Virus record (IMG/VR): IMGVR_UViG_3300025133_009608 | Span: 252,665-316,664 of that record | Strand: one strand, 5' to 3' | DNA length: 64,000 bases | Shown: in pieces, positions 7,349 to 16,829 of the stretch | Numbering within the stretch: position 1 is the first letter of the stretch | Layout of the letters: the number at the start of each line of letters is the position of its first letter | Notes under the pieces: model-generated | What the model was told of the DNA's origin: nothing | The model's input: the letters and a program-made list of their open reading frames with translations, nothing else | Database searches by the model: none | Position numbers and translations under genes: made by a program

Positions 7349-8134
7349 TTATATTCCTAAATCTTTCATTTTCTTCTTTACAGAGGTGCAAGTATCTTTT
7401 GGTCCGGTTACCGGAAATGATTTATCTTCCAATAATTTATGCATCGTATAGTCATTTCCTTCTGGGGTCATTCTATCTCCCCAGTAGTAAACATCGTATT
7501 CATTAAAAAATTGCATAGCGTATGTCTTGTCCCAGTTTTCGGGATAAATATCAAAACTAGTATCACCAGCGATAACGGCCGTAAGCTTTATTCCATTTTC
7601 ATCTAAAAACTCTTGGAGCTCCCCGGCCCGAATCCCCCGCAGCCCTCGTTCTGCGTCAATTTCTTTAAACTTATCCCTATCGGCATCAGTTGCCATTCTC
7701 CCAATCGGGCACCAGTTTACTGTAGAGCCGCGATACGTAATAAACGTCCCGGTTAGTGGAATATCATCGGCATCTTGCATAATTTCAGCTTGGGCGTATA
7801 CCAGCTCGGTCATCAACTTTCTAAAGGCGACCTCTCCCAGGTGGGCTCGCAAATCTTCTTCTTTAATAACCTCATAAGAGATTTTTTCATCAGACTTTAT
7901 AACGTTATAAGCCTTGGTTCCATTACAGGCCAGGGCATAAACTTTAAAATCATGCGGCATTGCTAAAAATAACTCTTCGCACTGCTCTTTTAAAAAGTCC
8001 ATATCCGAACCCGTAAGGATTCCGATCTCGATGGACTTATTTGCTTTGGATAATAACTTTATAATCTTTTTTGTAACTTGTTTCCGAGACGCGCAAAGGG
8101 TGCCGTCCAGATCAAATAGGAATACTGTTTTCAT
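7349..8134 (-). CDS. Eukaryotic-type (HAD-IIB, PMM2/Sec53-like) phosphomannomutase
   Basis: LFDLDGTL, TGSD, NG, GTFITYR...NWCPIGR, SFDIYPENWDKTY and YWGD...GNDY match the PMM family. Confidence 0.88.
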   Translation of the reverse strand: MKTVFLFDLDGTLCASRKQVTKKIIKLLSKANKSIEIGILTGSDMDFLKEQCEELFLAMPHDFKVYALACNGTKAYNVIKSDEKISYEVIKEEDLRAHLGEVAFRKLMTELVYAQAEIMQDADDIPLTGTFITYRGSTVNWCPIGRMATDADRDKFKEIDAERGLRGIRAGELQEFLDENGIKLTAVIAGDTSFDIYPENWDKTYAMQFFNEYDVYYWGDRMTPEGNDYTMHKLLEDKSFPVTGPKDTCTSVKKKMKDLGI

Positions 8135-8135
8135 T

Positions 8136-8990
8136 TTAAAATAACCTTTTTAAGTCATCATCAGATATATATCTTTCTCCACGATCGCAGATTATGGTTA
8201 CGACTTCGCCGAAGATGCTTTTATTTAATCTAATTTGCTCGGCTGCCAGAACATTGGCCGCCGATGAAATACCAACTAGAACTCCCAACTCCCTGGACAG
8301 GGATATCATCTTTGACTTTGCATCTTCTGTTTTTATCTTAAGTGTTGCATCAGCGTGCTCAGCATTCATCAGGTAATCTCCGCCATCGCCGATTCCCTGA
8401 ATCCCGTGTTCCTCTTCTTCTGGGCGCATAAATATAAGCTTTGTATTTAAATCATTTTCTGCAACAAAAGCAGCGATCCCCATCATTGTCCCTCCGGTGC
8501 CGGCGCCGGATACAAAGGCTCCCCATGTGCTTTCGCCTAATTGCCTAAATATCTCTTTTGCGGTTGTATTTTTATGGCATTGTATATTTAGTTTGTTTTC
8601 AAATTGCATGGGCGACCAAGCCCCCGCGGCTACAAGTTCATTTCTATACTTTATGGCTCCGGCGAAATCATATGGAGCAACTTCAATAATTTCAGCTCCA
8701 AAGAACCTCATCATGCTTCGCCTTTCTTCGGACATGTTAGACGGCATTATGATCTTTACCTCGTTCCCCAAGGTTGCCCCAATCGCAGCAAGAGATATGC
8801 CGGTATTCCCGGAGGTCGCCTCAACCAATATAGTGTCTTTCGAGATTGCATTATTTTTTAATGCATCTTCTACGATATATGAGATGATTCTATCTTTTAT
8901 TGAGCCCGTGGGGTTATAGGTCTCAAGCTTTACAAGAATTCCGGACCTAAGTCTAACTAATGGTGTGTTTCCAATTAATTGTTTGAGCAT
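8136..8990 (-). CDS. PLP-dependent cysteine synthase family protein (CysK/CysM-like)
   Basis: IGNTPLV, KLE..NPTGSIKDR, EATSGNTG, GTGGT, IQGIG, GISS and DRGERY. Confidence 0.93.
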   Translation of the reverse strand: MLKQLIGNTPLVRLRSGILVKLETYNPTGSIKDRIISYIVEDALKNNAISKDTILVEATSGNTGISLAAIGATLGNEVKIIMPSNMSEERRSMMRFFGAEIIEVAPYDFAGAIKYRNELVAAGAWSPMQFENKLNIQCHKNTTAKEIFRQLGESTWGAFVSGAGTGGTMMGIAAFVAENDLNTKLIFMRPEEEEHGIQGIGDGGDYLMNAEHADATLKIKTEDAKSKMISLSRELGVLVGISSAANVLAAEQIRLNKSIFGEVVTIICDRGERYISDDDLKRLF

Positions 8991-9024
8991 TTAGTCCCCC
9001 ATAACTATACTCAAATATGGAAAA

Positions 9025-9942
9025 TTAATATGAGTAGCTCGTCCCTAAGATTTTTTCTTCTATATTTTTGACCGGAGAATAGCCGAGAATTCCTTTAATC
9101 TTATCTATATTGGCGAGAGAGTGCTTTACGTCGCCTAATCGTTCGGCTTTAAATATTGGAGGCATAAGATCTAAAATCTCACAAAGCTGTAAAAGCGACA
9201 TATTTTCCCCCCTGGCTACGTTGAAGGCTTCCCCATTTAACTTTTCAGGATGCTCTGCCGCCAATATGTTCGCAGAAACAACACTTTCAACGGGGCAAAA
9301 ATCTCGACTCTGCATTCCATCGCCATAAATTGTTGGACGAACATTGTTTCTCTTGCAGACCGAAAACGCGGGCAAAACGGCCGCATAAGCCGAATCGGGG
9401 CGCTGCCTTGGCCCGATCACATTAAAATATCGCAAACATGCGGTATCTAATCCCATTTCGGATGCATATAGTCGGCAATACCGCTCACCTGTTAGCTTCT
9501 GGAGAGCATATGGGGACCGAGGGTTGGGCTCGTCGCTCTCGCAGTTAGGAGGGCCGTCAGAGCCACCGTAAATAGACGATGAAGAAGAAAATACAAATCT
9601 TTCAACCTTATATTTTCTGGATAACTCCAAAAGCCTTACCGTTCCGTTTATATTTGTAAAATCAGAGAAAACCGGATTCTCAACGGAGGGGGCTACTCCA
9701 GACTTTGCGGCAAGATGAAACACGTACTTGATTTTATGATTCTGAAAGGCTCTTTCTAGGTTATCAGAAGTTATATCATAAAGAGCCGGAATAAAATTTT
9801 CATGCCCAATATGAGATTCCAGAGTTGTTTGCAATCCAGAGCTTAAATTATCAACACCAATAACTTTATACTTATTGAGTAATTCGTCCGTAAGGTGTCC
9901 GCCGATAAACCCCGCAGATCCGGTAACTAATACTGTATCCAT
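9025..9942 (-). CDS. NAD-dependent nucleotide-sugar epimerase (WbpP-like extended SDR)
   Basis: VTGSAGFIG, FHLAA, SSSSIYG, SPYALQK, LRYFNV.GPRQ, GDG.QSRDF and R.GDVKHS. Confidence 0.92.
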   Translation of the reverse strand: MDTVLVTGSAGFIGGHLTDELLNKYKVIGVDNLSSGLQTTLESHIGHENFIPALYDITSDNLERAFQNHKIKYVFHLAAKSGVAPSVENPVFSDFTNINGTVRLLELSRKYKVERFVFSSSSSIYGGSDGPPNCESDEPNPRSPYALQKLTGERYCRLYASEMGLDTACLRYFNVIGPRQRPDSAYAAVLPAFSVCKRNNVRPTIYGDGMQSRDFCPVESVVSANILAAEHPEKLNGEAFNVARGENMSLLQLCEILDLMPPIFKAERLGDVKHSLANIDKIKGILGYSPVKNIEEKILGTSYSY

Positions 9943-9959
9943 TTTATAATTCCTTTCAC

Positions 9960-10621
9960 TTAAAACTTATATCCGAAATAATCTATATCTTTAGAATAAA
10001 GCTTTCGAATGAATTCTACCATTTCCTCATCATAATAATCCTGGTATTTGTTGTTAAATTTTCGGTATGACGTTTTGAATTTTGGCAAACTTTTAGAATC
10101 AAACCTTCCAAGTTGTAATTTGTCAAAAACAACTGCTATATCATTATGTAAGTTTTCATATTTAATGTAGAAGTCACAAACTGGCTTGTCGTCTATAGTG
10201 TGAAGCTCCCAGTTGTTTAATTCTGACGCGTGCTTCTTCGAAAACAACTTAAATAAAGTCTTTGCATCGGCGAATTTATTAGCCTCCAGCTCTCTGCCTC
10301 CCACAAACCAGAATAAAGAAACGGCCCTATCCCACGGATTTCTTACGGCGGAAAATTTATAGTATGAATCAAATAATTCCGGTCCGATTTCCTTCTTTAT
10401 CTTTGATGCGGGGCTATGCGGCCGCCACTGAGACCTCTTATTTATCCCATTCATTCTTCCTGCGATTATTCCATATTTTGATTCTTGCATATTGACAGAA
10501 TCACCATTTTTTATGCTCTGCTTGGGGCCTATGCAATATTTCTGAAAGACGCCTTCGACAGAACTTCCTCCGACTTTTTTATTCTTAATGTAAATGAACT
10601 TTTTCGATGTGATATTAGCAT
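9960..10621 (-). CDS. Sulfotransferase (Sulfotransfer_2-like) interrupted by a one-base frameshift near codon 6-7
   Basis: The ATG at 10621 abuts the upstream stop and gives MLISHRK. The -1 frame continues KKFIYIKNKKVGGSSVE into the 9960-10490 ORF with YYKFSAVRNPWDRAVSLF, IKYENL and DIDYFGYKF. Confidence 0.8.
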
Positions 10622-11434
10622 TTAATCTTCGATAATATTTATAGAATCGGGCCTTAGTATATTCTTGGACTCAACCGCGGCCTCCAAGACTTTGCATATA
10701 GACTTTTCCCTCTTCATTTGCGCCAGAAGGGCATTTGTATCCTTCGGGAAGCAATGTCCAGAATAACTAAGTCCACCATCGGGGCCTGGAACATTTGTAT
10801 GCATCTTTTCAACCCACGGGCCGAGCATTAAGTCTCTTACATTATTATAATCTATTCCAAGAGAATTGCATAGAAGATAATATTCATTAAATATTGAAAC
10901 CTTAACGCTGTAATAGCAATTTCTCATAATCTTCATTGCCTCCGACTCATCAGAAGTGCAGGCCGCGATTCTTGCCGACGGGTATAGTCTCTTATAGAAC
11001 AATATCAGCCTATCGAACAGCTCAGACTTGCTAGAGCTTCCAATAACTATGTAATCTTGATTGTGAAAATCTTCAAATGCCGTTCTTTCGGTTAAAAACT
11101 CTGGATTATGAGCAATATTAAGCCCATACTTATTTGCCAGCGTCTTGGTTACACCGATTTCAACAGTAGACTTTATAACACAGAGCCCCTTGTAGTTGTT
11201 CTTTTTTAAAAGTTCAAGATTCTCTTCGATCGCAGATAAGTCGAAGTGCTTGCCGCTTATAAATGGAGTCGGAAGGCAGAGAAACAGAATATCCGAATCT
11301 AGGACTGAATTAATCGTTCCTATTTTTTGAAACTTGTCGTATATAGCTGTGGTTACGCCATTTATTTTAAACGACTTATGCAATGCACTGCCAACAAAGC
11401 CATTCCCTATCTGTGCAATTCTCATCGTCATCAT
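10622..11434 (-). CDS. UDP-glucose/GDP-mannose dehydrogenase family, short form lacking the C-terminal domain
   Basis: IGNGFVG, LCLPTP, IKSTV, NPEFL, K..RN.Y...K and GHCFPKD catalytic Cys motif; ends at 270 aa. Confidence 0.9.
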   Translation of the reverse strand: MMTMRIAQIGNGFVGSALHKSFKINGVTTAIYDKFQKIGTINSVLDSDILFLCLPTPFISGKHFDLSAIEENLELLKKNNYKGLCVIKSTVEIGVTKTLANKYGLNIAHNPEFLTERTAFEDFHNQDYIVIGSSSKSELFDRLILFYKRLYPSARIAACTSDESEAMKIMRNCYYSVKVSIFNEYYLLCNSLGIDYNNVRDLMLGPWVEKMHTNVPGPDGGLSYSGHCFPKDTNALLAQMKREKSICKVLEAAVESKNILRPDSINIIED

Positions 11435-11898
11435 TCCTTCCTACCGTTTAGGCGCGGGAAGCCTGCACTTTTATCGCCTGAAGCCCCAATAAATTTTATT
11501 ATCTTCTCGGTAACGTCCTTATCTTTGAATATATCCAAGATCAAGAGCCTATCCATGGCGCCTGCGTCGGAAAAGGTCTTTATAACATCGCGATGGAACT
11601 CGAGCATATCGGGAAGCCCCTCGTGATTAGAGAACCGCCTCACCGAGCGTGTCCAGGCTGCACTGTCCCTGATGGTTAATATAAATCCGCTGCTATTCGA
11701 CTCGGCCAGCAGCTCTTCGTATCTTTGGTATAGCGAATTATCGATTACCGCAACTGCATCAAGATTTGCGACATTCGGAGTGCCACCGGTGAGCATGCAC
11801 TTGTGCTCAGACGAAACCCCAAGCTCAAAAAGATATGCGGCCAAGCTGGTAGTCCCCGTCCTTGGAAGCCCAATTCCATATATGGCCGTGTAATTCAC
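11431..11898 (-). CDS. Small sulfotransferase (Sulfotransfer_4-like)
   Basis: GIGLPRTGTTSL 5'-PAPS loop, FILTIRD...W..S 3'-phosphate motif and DRLLILD. Confidence 0.8.
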   Translation of the reverse strand: MNYTAIYGIGLPRTGTTSLAAYLFELGVSSEHKCMLTGGTPNVANLDAVAVIDNSLYQRYEELLAESNSSGFILTIRDSAAWTRSVRRFSNHEGLPDMLEFHRDVIKTFSDAGAMDRLLILDIFKDKDVTEKIIKFIGASGDKSAGFPRLNGRKE

Positions 11899-12788
11899 AT
11901 CACGCTCTTTGCGATTTCATTGACCACCACTAGAGACTCCATTGCATCGTCTATTCCGAACCCGTTGCCAGATAATACTTCTTTATACGAAATTGTATGC
12001 AAATCTGTGAATCCGCCGCTAAACTCAACACTTTGGTTGTCAATCGTTATTTTTCTAAAAGCAGGCTGACCGGCAGCGATAGATTCTTTTGGAAGATCAT
12101 TTTCATCCGTACTCAGCCTCCATTTTACGTTTGCTCTCTCTAGAATCAGGGTTCCAGAGACGCTTGATGAATACTTGCTTTCGACTATGTTTTCAACCGG
12201 CGACCCAAAAATCCATATTAACATATCGAAAAAATGTATACCAATATTTGCAGCAAGACCTCCCGACTTAGACTCCTGTCCCTTCCATGACTGGCAATAC
12301 CACTTGCCTCTTGACGTTATATACTCAAGATTTACATCGACAACTTTTTTGGAGTTATTATATCGGCTCTTTATGTCTATAATGGCCGGATGATGACGAA
12401 GCTGCAAAATGCAATTTACTGTTCTTCCCGTCTCTCTCTCTATCTCTTTCAAATATTGCAAGTTACCTGCCATTACAACCAGTGGCTTTTCGCAAATAAC
12501 ATCACAATCGTTACGAAGCGCCAGCCTTATATGCGAATCATGCAAATAATTTGGCGAACAAATACTTATGTAGTCTATTTTGCCACTTGTTCTTCTCAGC
12601 TTGTCGACGTGTCTATCAAATCTCTCGATTTCGGTAAAAAAATCTGCCCCTGGAAAGTATGAATCAATAATTCCAACGGAATCAAATGGGTCAATTGCCG
12701 CTACCAAGTCGCAGTTGTTGTCTTTTATTGCTCGCATATGCCGTGGGGCTACATATCCAGCGGCACCGATGAGTCCAAACTTTTTCAC
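11895..12788 (-). CDS. wbpB: UDP-N-acetylglucosaminuronate 3-dehydrogenase (Gfo/Idh/MocA, WbpB/WlbA-like)
   Basis: IGAAGYVAPRH, SICSPNYLHDSH, CEKPLV, SRG.WY..SWKG...SGG.A.NIGIHFFD and EFS.GFTDLH. Confidence 0.9.
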   Translation of the reverse strand: MKKFGLIGAAGYVAPRHMRAIKDNNCDLVAAIDPFDSVGIIDSYFPGADFFTEIERFDRHVDKLRRTSGKIDYISICSPNYLHDSHIRLALRNDCDVICEKPLVVMAGNLQYLKEIERETGRTVNCILQLRHHPAIIDIKSRYNNSKKVVDVNLEYITSRGKWYCQSWKGQESKSGGLAANIGIHFFDMLIWIFGSPVENIVESKYSSSVSGTLILERANVKWRLSTDENDLPKESIAAGQPAFRKITIDNQSVEFSGGFTDLHTISYKEVLSGNGFGIDDAMESLVVVNEIAKSVM

Positions 12789-13885
12789 TTTTTACTTCCA
12801 TAATTAAAGAAAAGATTAATATTATGAGATATATACTCCAATTCATCTGCTTTTAGCCCAGGATAAATAGGGAGTGATAAGACCTCATCGCAGGTCTTTC
12901 TCGACTCCAGCAGGCCGTCTGAGTCTGCGAACGCCGAATAGTCACAAAGAGGTGCCGGATAATATATATTCGAGGGGATCCCATTGTTGTATAAAAACTT
13001 TTTCAAATCGTCCCTTCGACTTGTTCTTATTGTGAACTGATTAAAAGAGTGTAGGCTACATTTCTTTGGCAAAACAATGTTTTCGATATCACCTATAGCA
13101 TTAAAGTAAAATCTAGCATTCTCCCTTCTCTTTTCAATCCATTCGTCCGCTTTCTGAATTAATACTGATAAAAATGCAGCCTGCAATGCATCCAGCCTAT
13201 AGTTTCCGCCAGTAATTTCATAGTTATACTTTGATGACATGCCATGTTTTCTAATCATTCTTAGTCGTTGATCGACCCCCCCGTCGCCCGTGGTAACCGC
13301 GCCCCCGTCCCCAAGGCATCCTAGATTTTTTGCCGGAAAAAAACTAAAACTGCTCGCTATCCCGAAGCTTCCATTTGGGGCACCATAAGATTGAGCACAA
13401 TCCTCTATAAGATGGATCCCCCTATCTCTGCATGCAGCCGATAGACTGCTTAGATCGCTATACTCTCCAAACAGGTGAACAAAGATTACCGCCTTCGTAG
13501 CTCCCGTGCAAGAGTTCATTATTCCATCGACAGACGGGGAAAAGGATCCTGGAGCAAGGTCTACAAAAACAGGAGTCAGACCCGCTTTTGAGATAACCGA
13601 TGCAGATGATATAAACGTAAAAGCCGGGACTATAACCTCAGATCCCGGTGGTAAGTCGAGAGATGTTAATATCGCAGTTAATGCGTCTGTGCCGTTCGAC
13701 ACTCCAACGCAATATTTCGACCCAACTTTTCTGGAAAAAATATCCTCAAAAAGCTCAACTTCGGAGCCTAAGATAAAGTTTCCATGCTCAAGGCACCTCT
13801 CCAGGCATCCGACCAGCTCTTTCCTGCTGCCGCTTAACATTTTTGAAAAATTAAAAAAATCAATATTTGTATCTATTTTTTCCAA
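12785..13885 (-). CDS. DegT/DnrJ/EryC1/StrS aminotransferase (WbpE/WlbC-like)
   Basis: SNGTDAL, PAFTF, VHLFG, IEDCAQS, SFFPAKNLG..GDGG, GGNYRLD.LQAA and LSLPIYP; adjacent to wbpB. Confidence 0.92.
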   Translation of the reverse strand: MEKIDTNIDFFNFSKMLSGSRKELVGCLERCLEHGNFILGSEVELFEDIFSRKVGSKYCVGVSNGTDALTAILTSLDLPPGSEVIVPAFTFISSASVISKAGLTPVFVDLAPGSFSPSVDGIMNSCTGATKAVIFVHLFGEYSDLSSLSAACRDRGIHLIEDCAQSYGAPNGSFGIASSFSFFPAKNLGCLGDGGAVTTGDGGVDQRLRMIRKHGMSSKYNYEITGGNYRLDALQAAFLSVLIQKADEWIEKRRENARFYFNAIGDIENIVLPKKCSLHSFNQFTIRTSRRDDLKKFLYNNGIPSNIYYPAPLCDYSAFADSDGLLESRKTCDEVLSLPIYPGLKADELEYISHNINLFFNYGSKK

Positions 13886-14730
13886 AAAACCTCTCCATTA
13901 AATGCTATACTATCGTGCGGAACTTTAAAGATATCGAGCCATATGTTAAATTGGCAAAAAAACATTTTCTGCCTCTTGCTTTTCGGCTCCACCGCGAACC
14001 CCTTTGCTCTCAATGCCTCGACGTGCTTGTCAATTATGTCGTGGTCTACCCACTCCATAATAAAGCCACTTTTATCTCTAAATACAAAGTCTTTAGAGAA
14101 ATCTTCTAAAAGTAATTCTTTTATTATCTTTTTGCCAAAAGACTCTTTGTTGTATTCTTGCAAATCACGATCCAAGAATGGGTACCGTCCTTCGATGTCA
14201 AATTTTAAGCCCATTTTATCATTTTTCCGAAGGTGATGAAAAATAAGAAGATTCTTATCGTGATGTAGCTTGTCCTGGTTGGTTTTCGCAGAAATCTCTG
14301 CGAAAAGCCCTCTGGGATACTCTTCCGTGTCATAATATGAGTACCCGCCATATAACTCATCGGATCCTAGTCCGCTTATGCTTACTCTTTTTTGTTTTTT
14401 ATTAATCTCACGATAAAGAAAATATCCAACCGATACCCAGTAAAACGGCTCCTCCCATATTCTCACTATTTCATATAAATAATCTTCAAAAGAGTCTATC
14501 CTGTGAGAGAAGTAATGTACATTTATTCCATATTTATCTTCAACAATTTTAGCATACTTATCGTCGCCATAGCACAAGAAGAGGCAATCCTCTTCTCGCC
14601 CTAGCTCGCACACCGCCTTCACTATGAGTGAGCTGTCGAGCCCTCCCGATAGTGGCACAGCGCAGTTCTTGGTTATCCTTTTTTCGACTGCTATTTTAAA
14701 GTTTTTATAGTATTTTTGCGCTACTGACAT
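13873..14730 (-). CDS. Asparagine synthetase-like amidotransferase, synthetase half
   Basis: LSGGLDSS, SGLGSDELYGGY, DKM, E.RYPFLD and R.KSGF. Confidence 0.88.
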   Translation of the reverse strand: MSVAQKYYKNFKIAVEKRITKNCAVPLSGGLDSSLIVKAVCELGREEDCLFLCYGDDKYAKIVEDKYGINVHYFSHRIDSFEDYLYEIVRIWEEPFYWVSVGYFLYREINKKQKRVSISGLGSDELYGGYSYYDTEEYPRGLFAEISAKTNQDKLHHDKNLLIFHHLRKNDKMGLKFDIEGRYPFLDRDLQEYNKESFGKKIIKELLLEDFSKDFVFRDKSGFIMEWVDHDIIDKHVEALRAKGFAVEPKSKRQKMFFCQFNIWLDIFKVPHDSIAFNGEVFWKK

Positions 14731-15232
14731 TTCCGAATCCAGTTATGTTTGTACTATTAAAATCTATTAATGGGAGCGATGAAATATTTGACGAATATAC
14801 CACTGATCCCTCAAAGCTCTGCATATATAGTGATCTTACTTTAAATGGATCTGTATAAACATACTCTTTTTTATTTTTCTTGTCCCAAATGAGTATAGCG
14901 TACTGTCCATCTAATCTCTTTACGAAATCTTCGCCCCACTTCTTAAATGAGAATAATATTGTTTCGAAATCAGAATCATACTTAAAATCATACTCTTTAA
15001 GCTCTTTGTTTATTTCTCTGTAATTATATATTTCGCCATTAAATAAGAGAACATAGTCATCACACTCTAATGGGAGCTGCATTGTATCTTCGCCTGTAAT
15101 CTGCAGTCTCGTCTGTATGAGCTGTGCCCCGTCTCCTATGAATTCTCCACAAGAATCTGGGCCGCGATCCTTTATTGAATCCGGAATTTCTGGATATCTA
15201 TAGTCACCAATTACCGCAAGTATTCCGCACAC
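14705..15232 (-). CDS. Asparagine synthetase-like amidotransferase, Ntn glutaminase half
   Basis: A GTG start at 15232 gives (M)CGIL with Cys in position 2; RGPD, RL.I, FNGEIYNY, LDGQYA..IWD and DPFKVRSLY. Confidence 0.85.
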   Translation of the reverse strand: MCGILAVIGDYRYPEIPDSIKDRGPDSCGEFIGDGAQLIQTRLQITGEDTMQLPLECDDYVLLFNGEIYNYREINKELKEYDFKYDSDFETILFSFKKWGEDFVKRLDGQYAILIWDKKNKKEYVYTDPFKVRSLYMQSFEGSVVYSSNISSLPLIDFNSTNITGFGNVSSAKIL

Positions 15233-15240
15233 CATACACC

Positions 15241-15837
15241 TCACTCGAAATGGTAAAGACAGTACTTTGCCTTACAGGAGTTGGCATAATATTCCCATAT
15301 TTTTTCAAACCCAAATTGCTCGTAATCCCTCGGAAACCAATATGGAGCCATCTCTGCGGTCCCCTGGGGCTCTCTGTCTGGAGCTTCAAATATCACAATT
15401 ATTTTTCCAATTCTCTTTAGATTATCAATAATCTCATCTACTTCGGGAATATGACATAAGACAGAATTCACATAAACAACATCATATTTTTTAGTTATAC
15501 TGGGCAGGTCTGTATCGTCCCCCACCCATATATTTCTCAGTCCGAACACCCTCCTCCCCTCTTCAATGGCGCGTTCACTGATATCGATTCCATAAACTTC
15601 TATATTTCTTTCCCTAAACTGGTTGAGATGCCTCCCTATATTGCACCCAAATTCAAATAGCGTCGTTGGAGAGAGGGAGTCTATGTAGTCGTATATATAA
15701 AAATTATTTTCAAAAATATTATATTGAAAATGATATTTATTTTTATAGTACTCCCCCGCACTACTGCTCGGCCCCGTGGGAGTCTTAGGCCCCAAGAGTG
15801 ACTCAATTAAGTCTTTATATAAATACCTATGAGCCAT
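15241..15837 (-). CDS. Class I SAM-dependent methyltransferase (probably sugar-modifying)
   Basis: FEFGCNIGRHL, YGIDISE and YDVVYVNSVLCHI. Confidence 0.85.
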   Translation of the reverse strand: MAHRYLYKDLIESLLGPKTPTGPSSSAGEYYKNKYHFQYNIFENNFYIYDYIDSLSPTTLFEFGCNIGRHLNQFRERNIEVYGIDISERAIEEGRRVFGLRNIWVGDDTDLPSITKKYDVVYVNSVLCHIPEVDEIIDNLKRIGKIIVIFEAPDREPQGTAEMAPYWFPRDYEQFGFEKIWEYYANSCKAKYCLYHFE

Positions 15838-16825
15838 TCGACTTCCTTATTTTTTCCAGTTCGAATATCTCTGGGATCTCTTGGCGGATATACTCATCGC
15901 TTACAACTTCATGATTGACGCGTATAATGGATTTTGTCATATTTACTTCGCCCTTTATATCACACATAACAAGGCCATTCTCCCTGCACGAGAAGTGAAG
16001 GTGTCTTTTTCTATGGTTTTTTATGGCATCTCTTGGCCATTTGTCTAAATACTTATCCTCACTGTCGAGCCATAGCTTCCACTCTAATTTCTCCAATATT
16101 TCTTTCGATAACGCCCTCCCCGGAGCAATAGGCTCTCCTCGATGATGTCCGATACCCTTTATATTCCCCTGATATCCATTCGAATAAGTTGAGTATTTCG
16201 TTAATAAGTCATAATAATATATGTCTAATGAGGCTATTTCGTCATACTTCTTCTTTTGCATATTCAACAATACAAATAAAAAATACTTATCTGAGAATAA
16301 ATTATCGGACCCCGTCAGGATAACATAGTCTGGGTCGTATTCCTTGCACGCCAGCAGCCTAATGTTCGCCTTTCTCCCCAGCGGAGCGTTGGGGGATTCC
16401 ACATACTTAAACCCACAGCCTTCCACCAGTTCTCGCGACAACCTGCCCTCACTGCCGACGACTACTACATTTATAGTGATCTTTGGAAATCTATTTTTTA
16501 ATCGCCTGATTCCCGCAGCCCAGGCCATGAAGACGTCATGACGTCTCCATATCATTGTGGCAATAACTATGCTCAGGCCGGCAGGCTCCGGATCGGAAAA
16601 TAATTTTTTGTTAAACTTATTTACTCCATATCTATAAATCTTTTTTTTATTAGAATATTGAACAATCGGTTTCGACTTCCCGCCGCTCTTACTCTGGAGA
16701 GGCAGCTGGTCCGATGGGATCGTATATATCCTACTTGTATTTTCAATAGCCCCCCCAGACGATGATGAGGCCTTCCTTATGGACTTAAAGTTGGCGTTCT
16801 TCTTTTTTATTTTTATTTTTTTCAC
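15827..16825 (-). CDS. GT-A-like glycosyltransferase with lysine-rich N-terminal extension
   Basis: IATMIWRR, VGSEG, N.PLGRK.N and ILTGSDNL; paralogous to the C-terminal half of 17822-19204. Confidence 0.65.
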   Translation of the reverse strand: MKKIKIKKKNANFKSIRKASSSSGGAIENTSRIYTIPSDQLPLQSKSGGKSKPIVQYSNKKKIYRYGVNKFNKKLFSDPEPAGLSIVIATMIWRRHDVFMAWAAGIRRLKNRFPKITINVVVVGSEGRLSRELVEGCGFKYVESPNAPLGRKANIRLLACKEYDPDYVILTGSDNLFSDKYFLFVLLNMQKKKYDEIASLDIYYYDLLTKYSTYSNGYQGNIKGIGHHRGEPIAPGRALSKEILEKLEWKLWLDSEDKYLDKWPRDAIKNHRKRHLHFSCRENGLVMCDIKGEVNMTKSIIRVNHEVVSDEYIRQEIPEIFELEKIRKSNGS

Positions 16826-16829
16826 TTTG

